IMG/VR virus record: IMGVR_UViG_3300010344_000850
Span: 1-64,000 of that record
DNA length: 64,000 nt
DNA from: a virus
Taxonomy: Duplodnaviria; Caudoviricetes
Direction: 5' to 3' (one strand)
Under the pieces are notes generated by a model. The model saw only the letters and a list, made by a program, of their open reading frames with translations. It did no database searches and had not been told where the DNA came from. Shown here piece after piece: positions 18,323-27,094 of the stretch (position 1 is its first letter; every line of letters begins with the position of its first letter). A program made the translations under genes and the position numbers.

Positions 18323-19225
18323 ATGAACGAAATTTTTACAGAGAAATACAGGCCAAAGAAGCTAGAAGATTTAGCTTTAAACGCTTCAGTTTTTGATACA
18401 ATTAAGTCTTTAATCGCTTCGCCTTCTAATATTCAATCTCTTGTTTTTTATTCGTCACAACCAGGAACTGGTAAGACCTCAACGGCTAGGGTAATAGCTA
18501 AGGAATTAGGGGCTGATTTACTTGAGATGAATGCTTCGATGGACAGAGGAATTGATTTTGTTAGAGAAAGAATTAATCAGTTCGCTAGGTCTTTATCCTC
18601 TAAAGAAGGTATTAAAAGACTTGTTTTTATGGACGAAGCGGATGGAATTTCCCGTCCTGCTCAAGATAGCTTACGAAATCTTATGGAGACATGCTCAAGT
18701 AATTGCTTCTTTATCTTGAGTTGTAATGATATATCTAAAATCATTGAGCCGTTGCAATCACGATGTACTATTCTTAATTTTGAGAATCCTGATAGAATGA
18801 AGGTGATTTCTTATGTAGATTCTATCTCCTACAAAGAAAAAATAAATATATCAGACGTAGATTTAAACAACCTTGTTGAATTATATTATCCTGATATCAG
18901 AAGAATGGTTCTAGCTTTACAGAACTACGCTTTAGATAATACATCTTTTATTGATAATACTTCTGAATTTAATAATTTTCTTCTTTTAATGAAAACTAAA
19001 GATATTAATAAAATACAAGAAATAGTTTACGAAAAATCAATTAATCTATCCGACCTAAACAGATATATCTTTAGGAAGCTCTTTGAAAACGCCAGTAAAT
19101 ATACCCCTCAAAAACTATCAAAAATAGCTGAAAAACTAGCTGACTCTGAGAAGTATATGAATAACGGGTGCAATAAAGAAATAGTTTTTTTAAGTAATAT
19201 TTTAGCTATTTTAGCTGAAAACTAA
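18323..19225 (+). CDS. clamp loader AAA+ subunit (RFC-small / gp44-like)
   Basis: EKYRPK.L, PGTGKT, LEMNAS.DRGID.VR, DEAD, AQ.SLR..ME, FILSCN, PLQSRC. Confidence 0.92.
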   Translation: MNEIFTEKYRPKKLEDLALNASVFDTIKSLIASPSNIQSLVFYSSQPGTGKTSTARVIAKELGADLLEMNASMDRGIDFVRERINQFARSLSSKEGIKRLVFMDEADGISRPAQDSLRNLMETCSSNCFFILSCNDISKIIEPLQSRCTILNFENPDRMKVISYVDSISYKEKINISDVDLNNLVELYYPDIRRMVLALQNYALDNTSFIDNTSEFNNFLLLMKTKDINKIQEIVYEKSINLSDLNRYIFRKLFENASKYTPQKLSKIAEKLADSEKYMNNGCNKEIVFLSNILAILAEN

Positions 19226-19410
19226 AACAGCCCTTTTAAGCCCTAGAATCGCTTATCTTTTTTCGGGAAGGGTAGGAGTAAGGGGTCATTGAAACTAAGC
19301 GTTTTTAGGTCATCTGCTATAGGCAAAAGGGTCAAAAACAGCCCTTTTTGAGGGTATTTTAAGATTTGCTCAAGATTTAAAACCCCTGTTTTCGGGGATA
19401 TTAAAAAAGA
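19226..19410. repeat. phased A/T-tract element with core GGGTAGGAGTAAGGGG, copy A
   Basis: Collinear similarity to 54110-54290; 16-bp core at 19270-19285. Confidence 0.7.
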
Positions 19411-19449
19411 GCCTATTTTACCCTACATTAAAAAGATTTAATAAAATAA

Positions 19450-19488
19450 GGGGTTGACTTTTTCGGGTTTTTGTATATTAAGAATTGT
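19450..19488 (+). promoter_or_regulatory. promoter motif GGGGTTGACTTTT-N-TATTAAGAATTGT, copy 1
   Basis: TTGACT, 16 bp, TATTAAGAATTGT; same motif and spacing at 35341-35379. Confidence 0.65.
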
Positions 19489-19489
19489 G

Positions 19490-19770
19490 TAAAGACATTT
19501 TTCCGTTTATTTCGGGGAAATGTCAGACAAATAGAAATCCTAGTATCTACTCGGTAAAGATAGACCTGGGCGAGTGAAAGACCTTCGTAAAAATCTGCGA
19601 AAACAGGATATACTGTGATAAGGAGTTTCTCCTTGTAATATCCCCCAGAACCCTAGATGGGACACCGTTCTATTCTCGAAAGAGAGGGGAGAGCGAAGGA
19701 AATGAAAAGAGATTTCGATTGAACAAGTTTTCTCCCAAGGGGGAGAATCTGCTCTCAGGAAACCTGTGAT
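19490..19770 (+). ncRNA. candidate highly structured non-coding RNA upstream of an HNH gene
   Basis: GC-richer ORF-free stretch with many nested stems containing G-U pairs and a GAAA tetraloop, starting directly after the promoter. Confidence 0.55.
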
Positions 19771-19799
19771 AGTTTAAAAGCTTAAAGGATTTAATATTA

Positions 19800-20270
19800 A
19801 TGATTAAATATAGAAAAAAGAATCAAGCTTCTTTTAGTCCTTGCAAGGTTTATTCCTTAAATAAACCTGAACAAAGTGTTATTTTAAAAAACGAGAATGA
19901 GGCTAGACAGGCTAGCTATTCTTTTTACAACAAAGAATATCCTGTTATAAGCGAAGACATTAAAGACTCTACTTATAAAGATTATTTAAAATCCGATAGG
20001 TGGAAAAAAATCAGAAAGAAACATTTTTCTAAGGATTTTAATAGAAAGTGTTTTATATGTAATAAAACAGATGTTATTTTAAATATTCATCATAATACTT
20101 ATAAGAGACTAGGTAGAGAACTATCTTATGATTTAATATCTTTATGTGAAGATTGTCATAACTTATGTCATCTTACTCTTAAGAATAAATCTAAAGAATA
20201 TACTCTAAAAAATGTAGCTAGAAGGCTTCGTAGAAAACATAGAAATTTTTTGAAAACAAAAGGAGATTAA
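19800..20270 (+). CDS. small HNH endonuclease
   Basis: Y.DYL.S.RW..IR...CFIC...LNIHH.TY.RLG.E...DL..LCEDCH..CH. Confidence 0.85.
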   Translation: MIKYRKKNQASFSPCKVYSLNKPEQSVILKNENEARQASYSFYNKEYPVISEDIKDSTYKDYLKSDRWKKIRKKHFSKDFNRKCFICNKTDVILNIHHNTYKRLGRELSYDLISLCEDCHNLCHLTLKNKSKEYTLKNVARRLRRKHRNFLKTKGD

Positions 20271-20272
20271 AG

Positions 20273-20494
20273 ATGAACGACAGACAACGTTACGAACTAT
20301 TGCAAAAGTTTCTTAATGATTCTTCAATAGCTAAAGGGGGTAATATTCAGGTTGATATTACAGAACATCATACTTCTATGACTCCTAGAAATCCTTTAAA
20401 AAGTGGAATGAAATTTGAGGATATTAAATATTTAGATGAATTAAGAACAGGAGGAGAAGCTTTACTTTATTACTTACCAGAAGAAAAAGATTGA
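20273..20494 (+). CDS. hypothetical protein
   Basis: SD AAGGAG. Confidence 0.55.
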   Translation: MNDRQRYELLQKFLNDSSIAKGGNIQVDITEHHTSMTPRNPLKSGMKFEDIKYLDELRTGGEALLYYLPEEKD

Positions 20495-20519
20495 CAAATC
20501 AAAGAAAGCGAGATAGAAT
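20491..20519 (+). promoter_or_regulatory. sigma70 promoter, probably giving a leaderless mRNA
   Basis: TTGACA, 17 bp, TAGAAT; ATGs at 20525/20528 lie at the expected +1. Confidence 0.65.
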
Positions 20520-20524
20520 AACTC

Positions 20525-20926
20525 ATGATGAATTCTCCGTTTCACTTACTTAAAAAATTATACGAGAAACAAGATATTAGTTTTGAAGAGATTAAAGATT
20601 TAGAAATTAAAGATTGCATCACGATGATTACGTTCTTATCGAGGGACAATTCAATTCTTGATATTCTTAAAAGAGCCTTAGGATATATATTCACCATAGA
20701 CCCGAAATATTTTTTCATATATCTCTACTGCACTATTCCTAAAAGAAATAAAGCTCCTTATTTAAAAGTATCTAAAAAAAAGAAGATTGAAGAAGATGTT
20801 TTGATTACTAAAATGAAGAAGATTTATAAGTGGGGAGGAAGAGAGACGGAGGAACAAAAACAAGTTCTTACTAAGTTAATTAACCTAGACCGTAAATTCT
20901 TTGAAGAAAAATGGGGAATGAAATGA
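20525..20926 (+). CDS. clamp loader small subunit (T4 gp62-like)
   Basis: SPF start, FLS.D, YLY..IPKR.K..YLK, KIYKW pattern; size and position fit gp62. Confidence 0.55.
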   Translation: MMNSPFHLLKKLYEKQDISFEEIKDLEIKDCITMITFLSRDNSILDILKRALGYIFTIDPKYFFIYLYCTIPKRNKAPYLKVSKKKKIEEDVLITKMKKIYKWGGRETEEQKQVLTKLINLDRKFFEEKWGMK

Positions 20927-21047
20927 AAAAAAGTAAAGTACAGCCTCAGGATAATTACTGTGCGATGGAACTGTCGGACTTCATTAAAGCTCTTAAAAAA
21001 TATAATAAAGAATTAGAAAAGAAAGATCAAAAAAGGAGTAAAAAAAC

Positions 21048-21527
21048 GTGAACCGTCCCTACATGATATACTTAGCTGGGTACATAAGCAAGGAGAAAGC
21101 TTTAGAATGTATGGAGTGGAGAGCGAGAATTAAAAACTTTTATAACATGAAACCGAAGTGGCATGGAGCCATTGAATTTGTAGACCCGATGAATGGTGAG
21201 AGTGTAGCTTCTTTAGGTAAGGAAGGCTTAACTTCTTCTTTTCCTCCTCACGCTATTGTTCATAGAGATAGAAGTAGCGTTAAAGAAGCTGATTTAATTA
21301 TCGCTAATGTAAATACTTTCGGAGAAGAAAGGGCACCAATAGGTACAATCTGTGAGATGGCTTGGGCTTTCTTATATGAAAAGCCGATTATCATGATAAC
21401 CGAAGACCCTCGTTATATTCATCATCCTTTTACTTCTTATTTTTCCTCGGCTATCGTTAAGAGTGTAGACGAGCTTCTTAAAGGAGAATTAATTTCTCAA
21501 TTTTATAAAGGATTAGCTAATGGCTAA
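21048..21527 (+). CDS. nucleoside 2-deoxyribosyltransferase-like protein
   Basis: IYLAG, WR, DP, RD...V..ADLII, IGT.CEMAWA...KPII. Confidence 0.8.
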   Translation: MNRPYMIYLAGYISKEKALECMEWRARIKNFYNMKPKWHGAIEFVDPMNGESVASLGKEGLTSSFPPHAIVHRDRSSVKEADLIIANVNTFGEERAPIGTICEMAWAFLYEKPIIMITEDPRYIHHPFTSYFSSAIVKSVDELLKGELISQFYKGLANG

Positions 21528-21759
21528 AAAGAAGAAAAAAGTAGAAGAAGAGATTGTGATGATAGATGAAGATGTAGAAGCTACTTCTGAAATGAAAAGA
21601 CTCTTTAAACTTTACTGTGTTTTGACTGACGCTTTAGATAAGTATCCTATGACAGGAAAACCTGATAAAAAAGCTTCATACAAAAATGGATGGTATGATT
21701 GTGCATATCATATCTATACTGAGATGAGAAATTATAAAGATGAGCCTATTACGTATTAA
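21520..21759 (+). CDS. hypothetical protein
   Basis: Overlapping operon ORF. Confidence 0.6.
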   Translation: MAKKKKKVEEEIVMIDEDVEATSEMKRLFKLYCVLTDALDKYPMTGKPDKKASYKNGWYDCAYHIYTEMRNYKDEPITY

Positions 21760-22159
21760 TATAGACAACATAAAAAAAGTATTTGTCTTAGAGGACGCTC
21801 AAGATAGGGTAGACTTTTTTACAGAGATATTCGGAAATATATCTTACTTTATTACAGCTAATGTAGACGTAGCTATTAAAGCTCTTAATGAGACTAAGTT
21901 TGATTTAATCTTCCTTGACCATGACTTAGAAGAATTAGAATTAATAGAGGATTCTCCTAAAGTTATCAATTATGATAAAAGAACAGGGTTAGATGTAGCT
22001 AGAGTATTGAGAGATACTATTAACTGTGAAACTCCCTGTATAGTACACTCAATGAACTCTATCGGGAGTGGAAATATGATTAAGGCACATCCATTTAATA
22101 CAATACATATCCCATATCATCAACTCAGAAAATGTTTTGAAAAAGAGGAGAAAATCTAA
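21740..22159 (+). CDS. cyclic-phosphate-processing receiver-domain protein
   Basis: VLED...R, IFLDHDL, TG.DVA, VHSMN..G motifs. Confidence 0.8.
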   Translation: MSLLRINIDNIKKVFVLEDAQDRVDFFTEIFGNISYFITANVDVAIKALNETKFDLIFLDHDLEELELIEDSPKVINYDKRTGLDVARVLRDTINCETPCIVHSMNSIGSGNMIKAHPFNTIHIPYHQLRKCFEKEEKI

Positions 22160-22749
22160 TGTCGAGTTTAATAGTTCAAGCCTGTAAAATTGAAGAGCTT
22201 TATCCTCACCCTAACGCTGATAAATTAGAAGTTGCTAGAATTAAGGGATGGTTTATAATTGTAGGGAAAGGAGAACATAAAGTAGGCGACCTTGTTTCTT
22301 TTATTCCTATTGATTCTGTTCTTCCTAAAGAATTAGTAGATAAATATCAATTATCTTTTTTGAAGAACGGAAATCGGGTAAGGAGCTTAAAATTGAGAGG
22401 AACGATAAGTCAGGGATTAATTCTTCCTCTACCTGAAGGAAAATTTAAAGAAGGAGACGACTTAAAGGATATTCTTAAGATTACGAAATGGGAGCCTCCT
22501 CAAACAAATTCTAATTATCTAGGTACTAGAAACGCTGTATCTAATAAAAAGAAAAATCCTTATTAAGTATACTTCTTTTGAATTGAGAACATTAAAAATT
22601 ATAATACTGTTTTTAATGAAGGAGAGGAAGTAGTTATTACCGAGAAAATTCATGGTGCAAATGTAAGATTTGGATATCTCATCAAAAGAGAGGCTAAGAA
22701 TTGGTTTCAGAGGCTTTGGATTCGATTGTTTGGAAAGAGTAGGGCTTAA
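22159..22749 (+). pseudogene. RNA ligase (DRB0094-type, N-terminal OB domain), disrupted and truncated
   Basis: HPNADKLE, IPIDSVLP, KLRGTISQGL; same frame continues past TAA 22564 and TGA 22579 into IENIKNY...VVITEKIHGAN (ligase motif I), then stops at 22749. Confidence 0.8.
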
Positions 22750-22939
22750 ATATCCTAATCCTAGATTTACGAAAGATAAAGAGTGGTATACAAAGAGGAC
22801 GTGGACGGAGAAGGAACAAGAGTCTTTTAAAGAGTTTGTAAAGAAAAAGGTTAGAAAAGCTTTCCCTTATCTTAACGAGAATCAAGTAGATTTTGAAGCG
22901 GGAATGTTTATTCTTTCTTATGGATGGAAGACAGAATAG
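22670..22939 (+). CDS. hypothetical protein, probably 5'-truncated
   Basis: C-terminal part looks coding (KEWY...TWT..EQESFKE); 5' part overlaps the ligase remnant. Confidence 0.4.
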   Translation: MDISSKERLRIGFRGFGFDCLERVGLKYPNPRFTKDKEWYTKRTWTEKEQESFKEFVKKKVRKAFPYLNENQVDFEAGMFILSYGWKTE

Positions 22940-22955
22940 GAGAAAAAGAAATAAT

Positions 22956-23228
22956 ATGCCATATATTACACATGAAGACAAGAAAAAGTTCTCATTAGCT
23001 CTATCTGAATTAATGAGTAATATTGAAGAAGGATGTACTCCTGGAGAGCTAAACTATCTGATAACTAAGCTATGTATTACTTATGTTATGTCTAGAGGAT
23101 TAAATTATACTCATTTGAATGATGTTGTAGGTGTTTTAGAATCGGCTAAACAAGAGTTTTATCGAAGGCTAGTTTCTCCTTATGAGGAACTAAAAAGGAA
23201 AAAATCTGGCGACGTTTACAACACATGA
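22956..23228 (+). CDS. conserved phage protein (DUF6899-like)
   Basis: Start MPYI after SD AGGAG; GELNY.IT.L, Y..LNDVVGVLE.AK.EFYRR...PYE..K...GDVY. Confidence 0.75.
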   Translation: MPYITHEDKKKFSLALSELMSNIEEGCTPGELNYLITKLCITYVMSRGLNYTHLNDVVGVLESAKQEFYRRLVSPYEELKRKKSGDVYNT

Positions 23229-23956
23229 GAATTTTTAATTGTAAAATATGCAACAAAGAGGTTAAAGTTCATAATAATAGACCAAGGGCAAAATATTGTT
23301 CCTTTAACTGTAGAAACGCAGACTATCAAGGAGTTTGTTTTTCTCCTAGCACTAAATTCAAAAAAGGACAAATATTTACAGAAGAAAGAAATAAAAAAGT
23401 TTCTGAAAGCAATAAAGGAAGAGTTTCACCTAGAAAAGGATTAAAGAAAAAATATAAAATTATATGTAAATTATGCAAAGAAGAATTTATTACATTAAAA
23501 CAAAGTAGAAAAATATGCGATAAAGAAGATTGTCAAAGCAAAAAAAATATACTTCATAAATTTAAACATAGCGAAGAAGCTAAGAGAAAAATTAGTTTAG
23601 CGTTAAAAGGAAAGATTCCTAAAAATCTATTAGTTAGAATAAAAGCTACAAACTGTTTTAAGCAATACGATATGTTTTTAATTATTAAAAAATACTTTTC
23701 TGATGCAACTCCTAATTATTTCATACAAACTAAGAAAACTAAAAGATGGTTAGATGTAGCGATTCCTAGTCTTTTTATTGATTTTGAGTATGACGGAAAG
23801 GTTCATTTAATGAAAAATATTCAAATTAAAGATAAGGCGAGAGACATTGAGTTGTCTGAAATTAATTGGAAAACAATAAGAATTAATAGAAATAATTTTC
23901 ATCAATTAGAAGATATTTTAAAAAGTCTTAAAAATGGAGATGTTTATAATGTCTAA
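23225..23956 (+). CDS. free-standing homing endonuclease (Zn/NUMOD3-type DNA-binding repeats + Vsr/DUF559-like PD-(D/E)XK domain)
   Basis: CKIC...KYCS..C, HSEEAKRKIS..LKG (NUMOD3), WLDVA...IDFEYDG..H...D..RD..L...W.TIRI; lower GC than neighbours. Confidence 0.75.
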   Translation: MRIFNCKICNKEVKVHNNRPRAKYCSFNCRNADYQGVCFSPSTKFKKGQIFTEERNKKVSESNKGRVSPRKGLKKKYKIICKLCKEEFITLKQSRKICDKEDCQSKKNILHKFKHSEEAKRKISLALKGKIPKNLLVRIKATNCFKQYDMFLIIKKYFSDATPNYFIQTKKTKRWLDVAIPSLFIDFEYDGKVHLMKNIQIKDKARDIELSEINWKTIRINRNNFHQLEDILKSLKNGDVYNV

Positions 23957-24929
23957 AAAAGCAATTATCCTCGGTTGTACGGGACAAGATGGGAGTTATT
24001 TAAGTGAATTACTCTTATCGAAAGGATATGAGGTTCACGGAGTTATTCGTAGAAGTTCCTACCCCAATACTCAGCGCATTGACCACTTATTCGACCCTGA
24101 ATCTAAGCAATTCATTCATTACGGAGATTTAGCGGAAGGAATTGATAATCTTCTTATTGATATTCGTCCTGATGAAGTATATAACTTAGCGGCTATGTCT
24201 CATGTTCGTATTTCGTTTGATGTTCCTATTTATACTACAGATATTAACGCTACAGGTGTTTGTAGGATTCTTGAGGGTATTAGAAAGATTTGTCCCGAAG
24301 CTAAATATTATCAAGCTTCCAGCTCTGAAATGTTCGGAGTTACGCCCCCTCCTCAGAATGAAGAAACTTTATTTCATCCTGTGAGTCCTTATGGTTGTGC
24401 GAAATTATATTCTTACTGGCTTACGAGATGTTATAGAGACGGATATAAGATGTTCGCTTCAAACGGAATTCTTTTTAATCACGAATCTCCGAGAAGGGGA
24501 GTAAACTTTGTTACTCGTAAAATTACACGATTAGCCTGTAGGATTAAACTAGGGCTTCTTGATAAGATTGAATTAGGGAACTTAGAAGCTATTAGGGATT
24601 GGGGACACTCAAGAGATTATATGAGAGCTGTTCATATGATTTTGAAACATGATGAGCCTGATGATTTTGTAGTCTCTACAGGAGAAGCTCACTCTGTCCG
24701 TGAGTTCGCTGAAAAGGTTTTTAGTTCTTTAGGTCTTGATTTTTATAAGTATCTTGTTTCTAATGATTCTTATAAACGTCCTGTCGAAGTTCCTTATCTT
24801 TTAGGAAATCCTGAAAAAATTAAAAGAGTACTAGGGTGGCAACCTGAGGTGAGTTTTGAACAGTTAGTTGACGATATGGTTCAGACAGACATGAAGGAGG
24901 TTGAAGATGAAATTAGAATTAATTCATGA
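23949..24929 (+). CDS. gmd: GDP-mannose 4,6-dehydratase
   Basis: G.TGQDGSYL.E.LL.KGYEVHG, YNLAA.SHV.ISF, YQASSSEMFG, SPYG.AK, NGILFNHESPRRG..FVTRKIT, RDWGH; start at MSKK 23949. Confidence 0.95.
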   Translation: MSKKAIILGCTGQDGSYLSELLLSKGYEVHGVIRRSSYPNTQRIDHLFDPESKQFIHYGDLAEGIDNLLIDIRPDEVYNLAAMSHVRISFDVPIYTTDINATGVCRILEGIRKICPEAKYYQASSSEMFGVTPPPQNEETLFHPVSPYGCAKLYSYWLTRCYRDGYKMFASNGILFNHESPRRGVNFVTRKITRLACRIKLGLLDKIELGNLEAIRDWGHSRDYMRAVHMILKHDEPDDFVVSTGEAHSVREFAEKVFSSLGLDFYKYLVSNDSYKRPVEVPYLLGNPEKIKRVLGWQPEVSFEQLVDDMVQTDMKEVEDEIRINS

Positions 24930-25287
24930 GGACAATAGAGGAAGTATTAATATTATAAAGGGAGACGAATTAACTTATCCTGAAATAACTGTATTTAAAA
25001 CTAAACAGGGCTACGCTAGGGGAGGCTGTATTCATAGAAAAAGTGAAGAATACGCTACTGTTATCGAAGGAAGAATTACCTATGTAACTCCGAAAGGCTA
25101 TTTTCATCTTTATGCAGGAGATAATTTTATAATTCCTAAAGGAACTCCTCATTATTTTTTATCTAATACTGATTCGATTGTATTAGAGTGGGGGGCGACA
25201 GAGGAAGAAAAAAAAGAAAAACATCTTCATTATCGAGAAATTGTTGATGAAATCAATTCTCGTCAATTAGCGAGTGATATGTTATGA
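24901..25287 (+). CDS. cupin-domain protein (sugar isomerase/epimerase-like)
   Basis: D.RG, RGG..H....E...VI.G, IPKG.PH. Confidence 0.75.
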   Translation: MKMKLELIHEDNRGSINIIKGDELTYPEITVFKTKQGYARGGCIHRKSEEYATVIEGRITYVTPKGYFHLYAGDNFIIPKGTPHYFLSNTDSIVLEWGATEEEKKEKHLHYREIVDEINSRQLASDML

Positions 25288-26366
25288 TTTTACAATATGA
25301 GCCTTATATATCCGATGATGATAAACAAGCTGTAATTGATTATATTAAGACCGAAGGAGTTTGGTTAACGGAGTTTAAGGAAACTAGAAAATTAGAGAAA
25401 AAAATAGCTGATTATTTAGGAATGAAATACTGTAGTATAGTCAGTAACGGTACTATTAGTCTTTCATTAGCTCTATTAGCGGGAGGAATCTGTCCTGGAG
25501 ATAAGGTTATTGTTCCTAATCTGACAATGATAGCTACAGCTACGGCGGTTTCTTTAATTGGAGCTATTCCTATTTTAGTTGATGTAGCCGAAGATGATTC
25601 CACTTTAAGTTACAATGAAGTATTAGAGACTCTTCAATACTATCCCGATATCAAAGCTTTAATTTATGTATCGTTAAACGGAAGAGGAAAAAGATATAAT
25701 TTATTTCAACAGTTCTGTAAAGCTCATAATATTTTTTACGTTACTGACGACGCCCAATCGTTAGGTTCTCGTTTAAAAACAGGAGAAAAAATAGGAAACT
25801 CCCCTTTATCTTCTTTTAGTTTTTCTATGCCTAAAATTATTACAACAGGGCAAGGAGGATGTTTAGTAACTAACGATAGTTATCTTTATAAAAAGATTCT
25901 TAAGTTAAGAGATTTTGGAAGAGAAAAATCAGGAATTGATTATCATCCTCAATTCGGAATTAACAGTAAATTTACTGATTTACAGGCGGTTGTTGGAATT
26001 TCTCAGATTCAAAATATTGAATTAAAAATTCAACAGAAGAAAAATATTTTCTTTCTTTATAGAGAATATTTAAAAAATATTAAAAATATTTCTTTTATCG
26101 ATACTGATTTAGAATATACGACTCCTTGGTTTGTTGATGTTTATGTAGAAAAAAAATTAGAATTAATCGAATATTTAAAATCAGAAAATATAGGAACACG
26201 ACCTATTTATCCTCCGATTCATACTCAAGGGGAATATCGAAATAAAAGAAAATATCCTGTCAGTTCTAATTTTTCAGAAAAAGGATTATGGTTACCTTCG
26301 TCTTTAACATTGACTAAAGAAAATATAGCTTTTATTTGTGAAAAAATAGAAAGGTTTTATCAATGA
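25284..26366 (+). CDS. DegT/DnrJ/EryC1/StrS PLP aminotransferase (GDP-perosamine synthase-like)
   Basis: NGT..L.LAL, GD.VIVP..T.IAT, DDAQSLG, FSF...KIITTGQGG, G.N.K.TDLQA.VG, LWLPS. Confidence 0.9.
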   Translation: MILQYEPYISDDDKQAVIDYIKTEGVWLTEFKETRKLEKKIADYLGMKYCSIVSNGTISLSLALLAGGICPGDKVIVPNLTMIATATAVSLIGAIPILVDVAEDDSTLSYNEVLETLQYYPDIKALIYVSLNGRGKRYNLFQQFCKAHNIFYVTDDAQSLGSRLKTGEKIGNSPLSSFSFSMPKIITTGQGGCLVTNDSYLYKKILKLRDFGREKSGIDYHPQFGINSKFTDLQAVVGISQIQNIELKIQQKKNIFFLYREYLKNIKNISFIDTDLEYTTPWFVDVYVEKKLELIEYLKSENIGTRPIYPPIHTQGEYRNKRKYPVSSNFSEKGLWLPSSLTLTKENIAFICEKIERFYQ

Positions 26367-27094
26367 AATTAGCTCTAGTTATTCCGACTTACGAGAGAGT
26401 TCAGAAATTAAAGCGATTAATAGATTCAATAGCTGAACAAACTTATAAAAATTTTGATGTTCATATTTACTGTGATAATAAAGATGAGGAAACGGCTTCC
26501 TCTATAACAGAGTATATAATAAATAAGAAGTATTCTTTTTCTGTTTATGTGAATGTTAATCAAAAAAGAGAACTTGTTATAGGGTCTTGGAATAAATTCT
26601 TTAAAGCTATGTTTAGAGAATATAAAGATTATAATTATGACGCTGTACAATGGTTAGTAGATGATGTTGAATTATATCCTGATTTTTTAGAACAAGTTGT
26701 TAACTATATGAAGTATAATTTTTCTGATACAGACGGAGTTATAGGAACAAATCAAATTTGTCCAGGCCACCCTAGATATACATTTAAATGGTACGGTCAG
26801 GCATGTTTAGGAAAAAAATTCATTGAGCGTTATAAAGATGTTGATTATCAAGTATGTTGTCCTTTTTATAATCATTTTTTTCAGGACGAAGAAATGTTTC
26901 TTTTTGCTTCTAAAAATAGAAAATTTATCGAAGGAAGAAAAGCTATTTTAAAACATTATCATCCTTCTTTTGTTAGAGAAGAAAAAGATACAACACATTC
27001 GATTGTTAGAGGTGATATGCAATATCAAGATAAAACAACATATCTATCTCGTAGAGGTAGAAATCTATTGTGGGGTGAGAGTTTTGAAAAATAA
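26363..27094 (+). CDS. glycosyltransferase family 2
   Basis: LVIPTY.R...L...I.SI..QTY, DD motif, H.F.D, HYH. Confidence 0.85.
   Translation: MKLALVIPTYERVQKLKRLIDSIAEQTYKNFDVHIYCDNKDEETASSITEYIINKKYSFSVYVNVNQKRELVIGSWNKFFKAMFREYKDYNYDAVQWLVDDVELYPDFLEQVVNYMKYNFSDTDGVIGTNQICPGHPRYTFKWYGQACLGKKFIERYKDVDYQVCCPFYNHFFQDEEMFLFASKNRKFIEGRKAILKHYHPSFVREEKDTTHSIVRGDMQYQDKTTYLSRRGRNLLWGESFEK

Noticed and set aside
17570-19225. Archaeal or archaeal-virus origin suggested by PCNA/RFC/PolB-like genes
   Set aside because: Repeated -35/-10 sigma70 promoters, a sigma-like gene, bacterial RecA/RuvB and a TonB domain point to a bacterial host.
19490-19790. Group I or group II intron interpretation of the structured region
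   Set aside because: It interrupts no gene, has its own promoter, and I could not find group I P7 (R/S) elements or a group II domain V.
19800-20270. IscB/Cas9-like identity for the HNH protein
   Set aside because: Only 156 aa, with no PLMP, RuvC or bridge-helix segments.
6540-24384. Nested + strand alternative-frame ORFs (6540-6725, 18531-18719, 24202-24384)
   Set aside because: Fully inside strongly conserved genes, with no independent signals.
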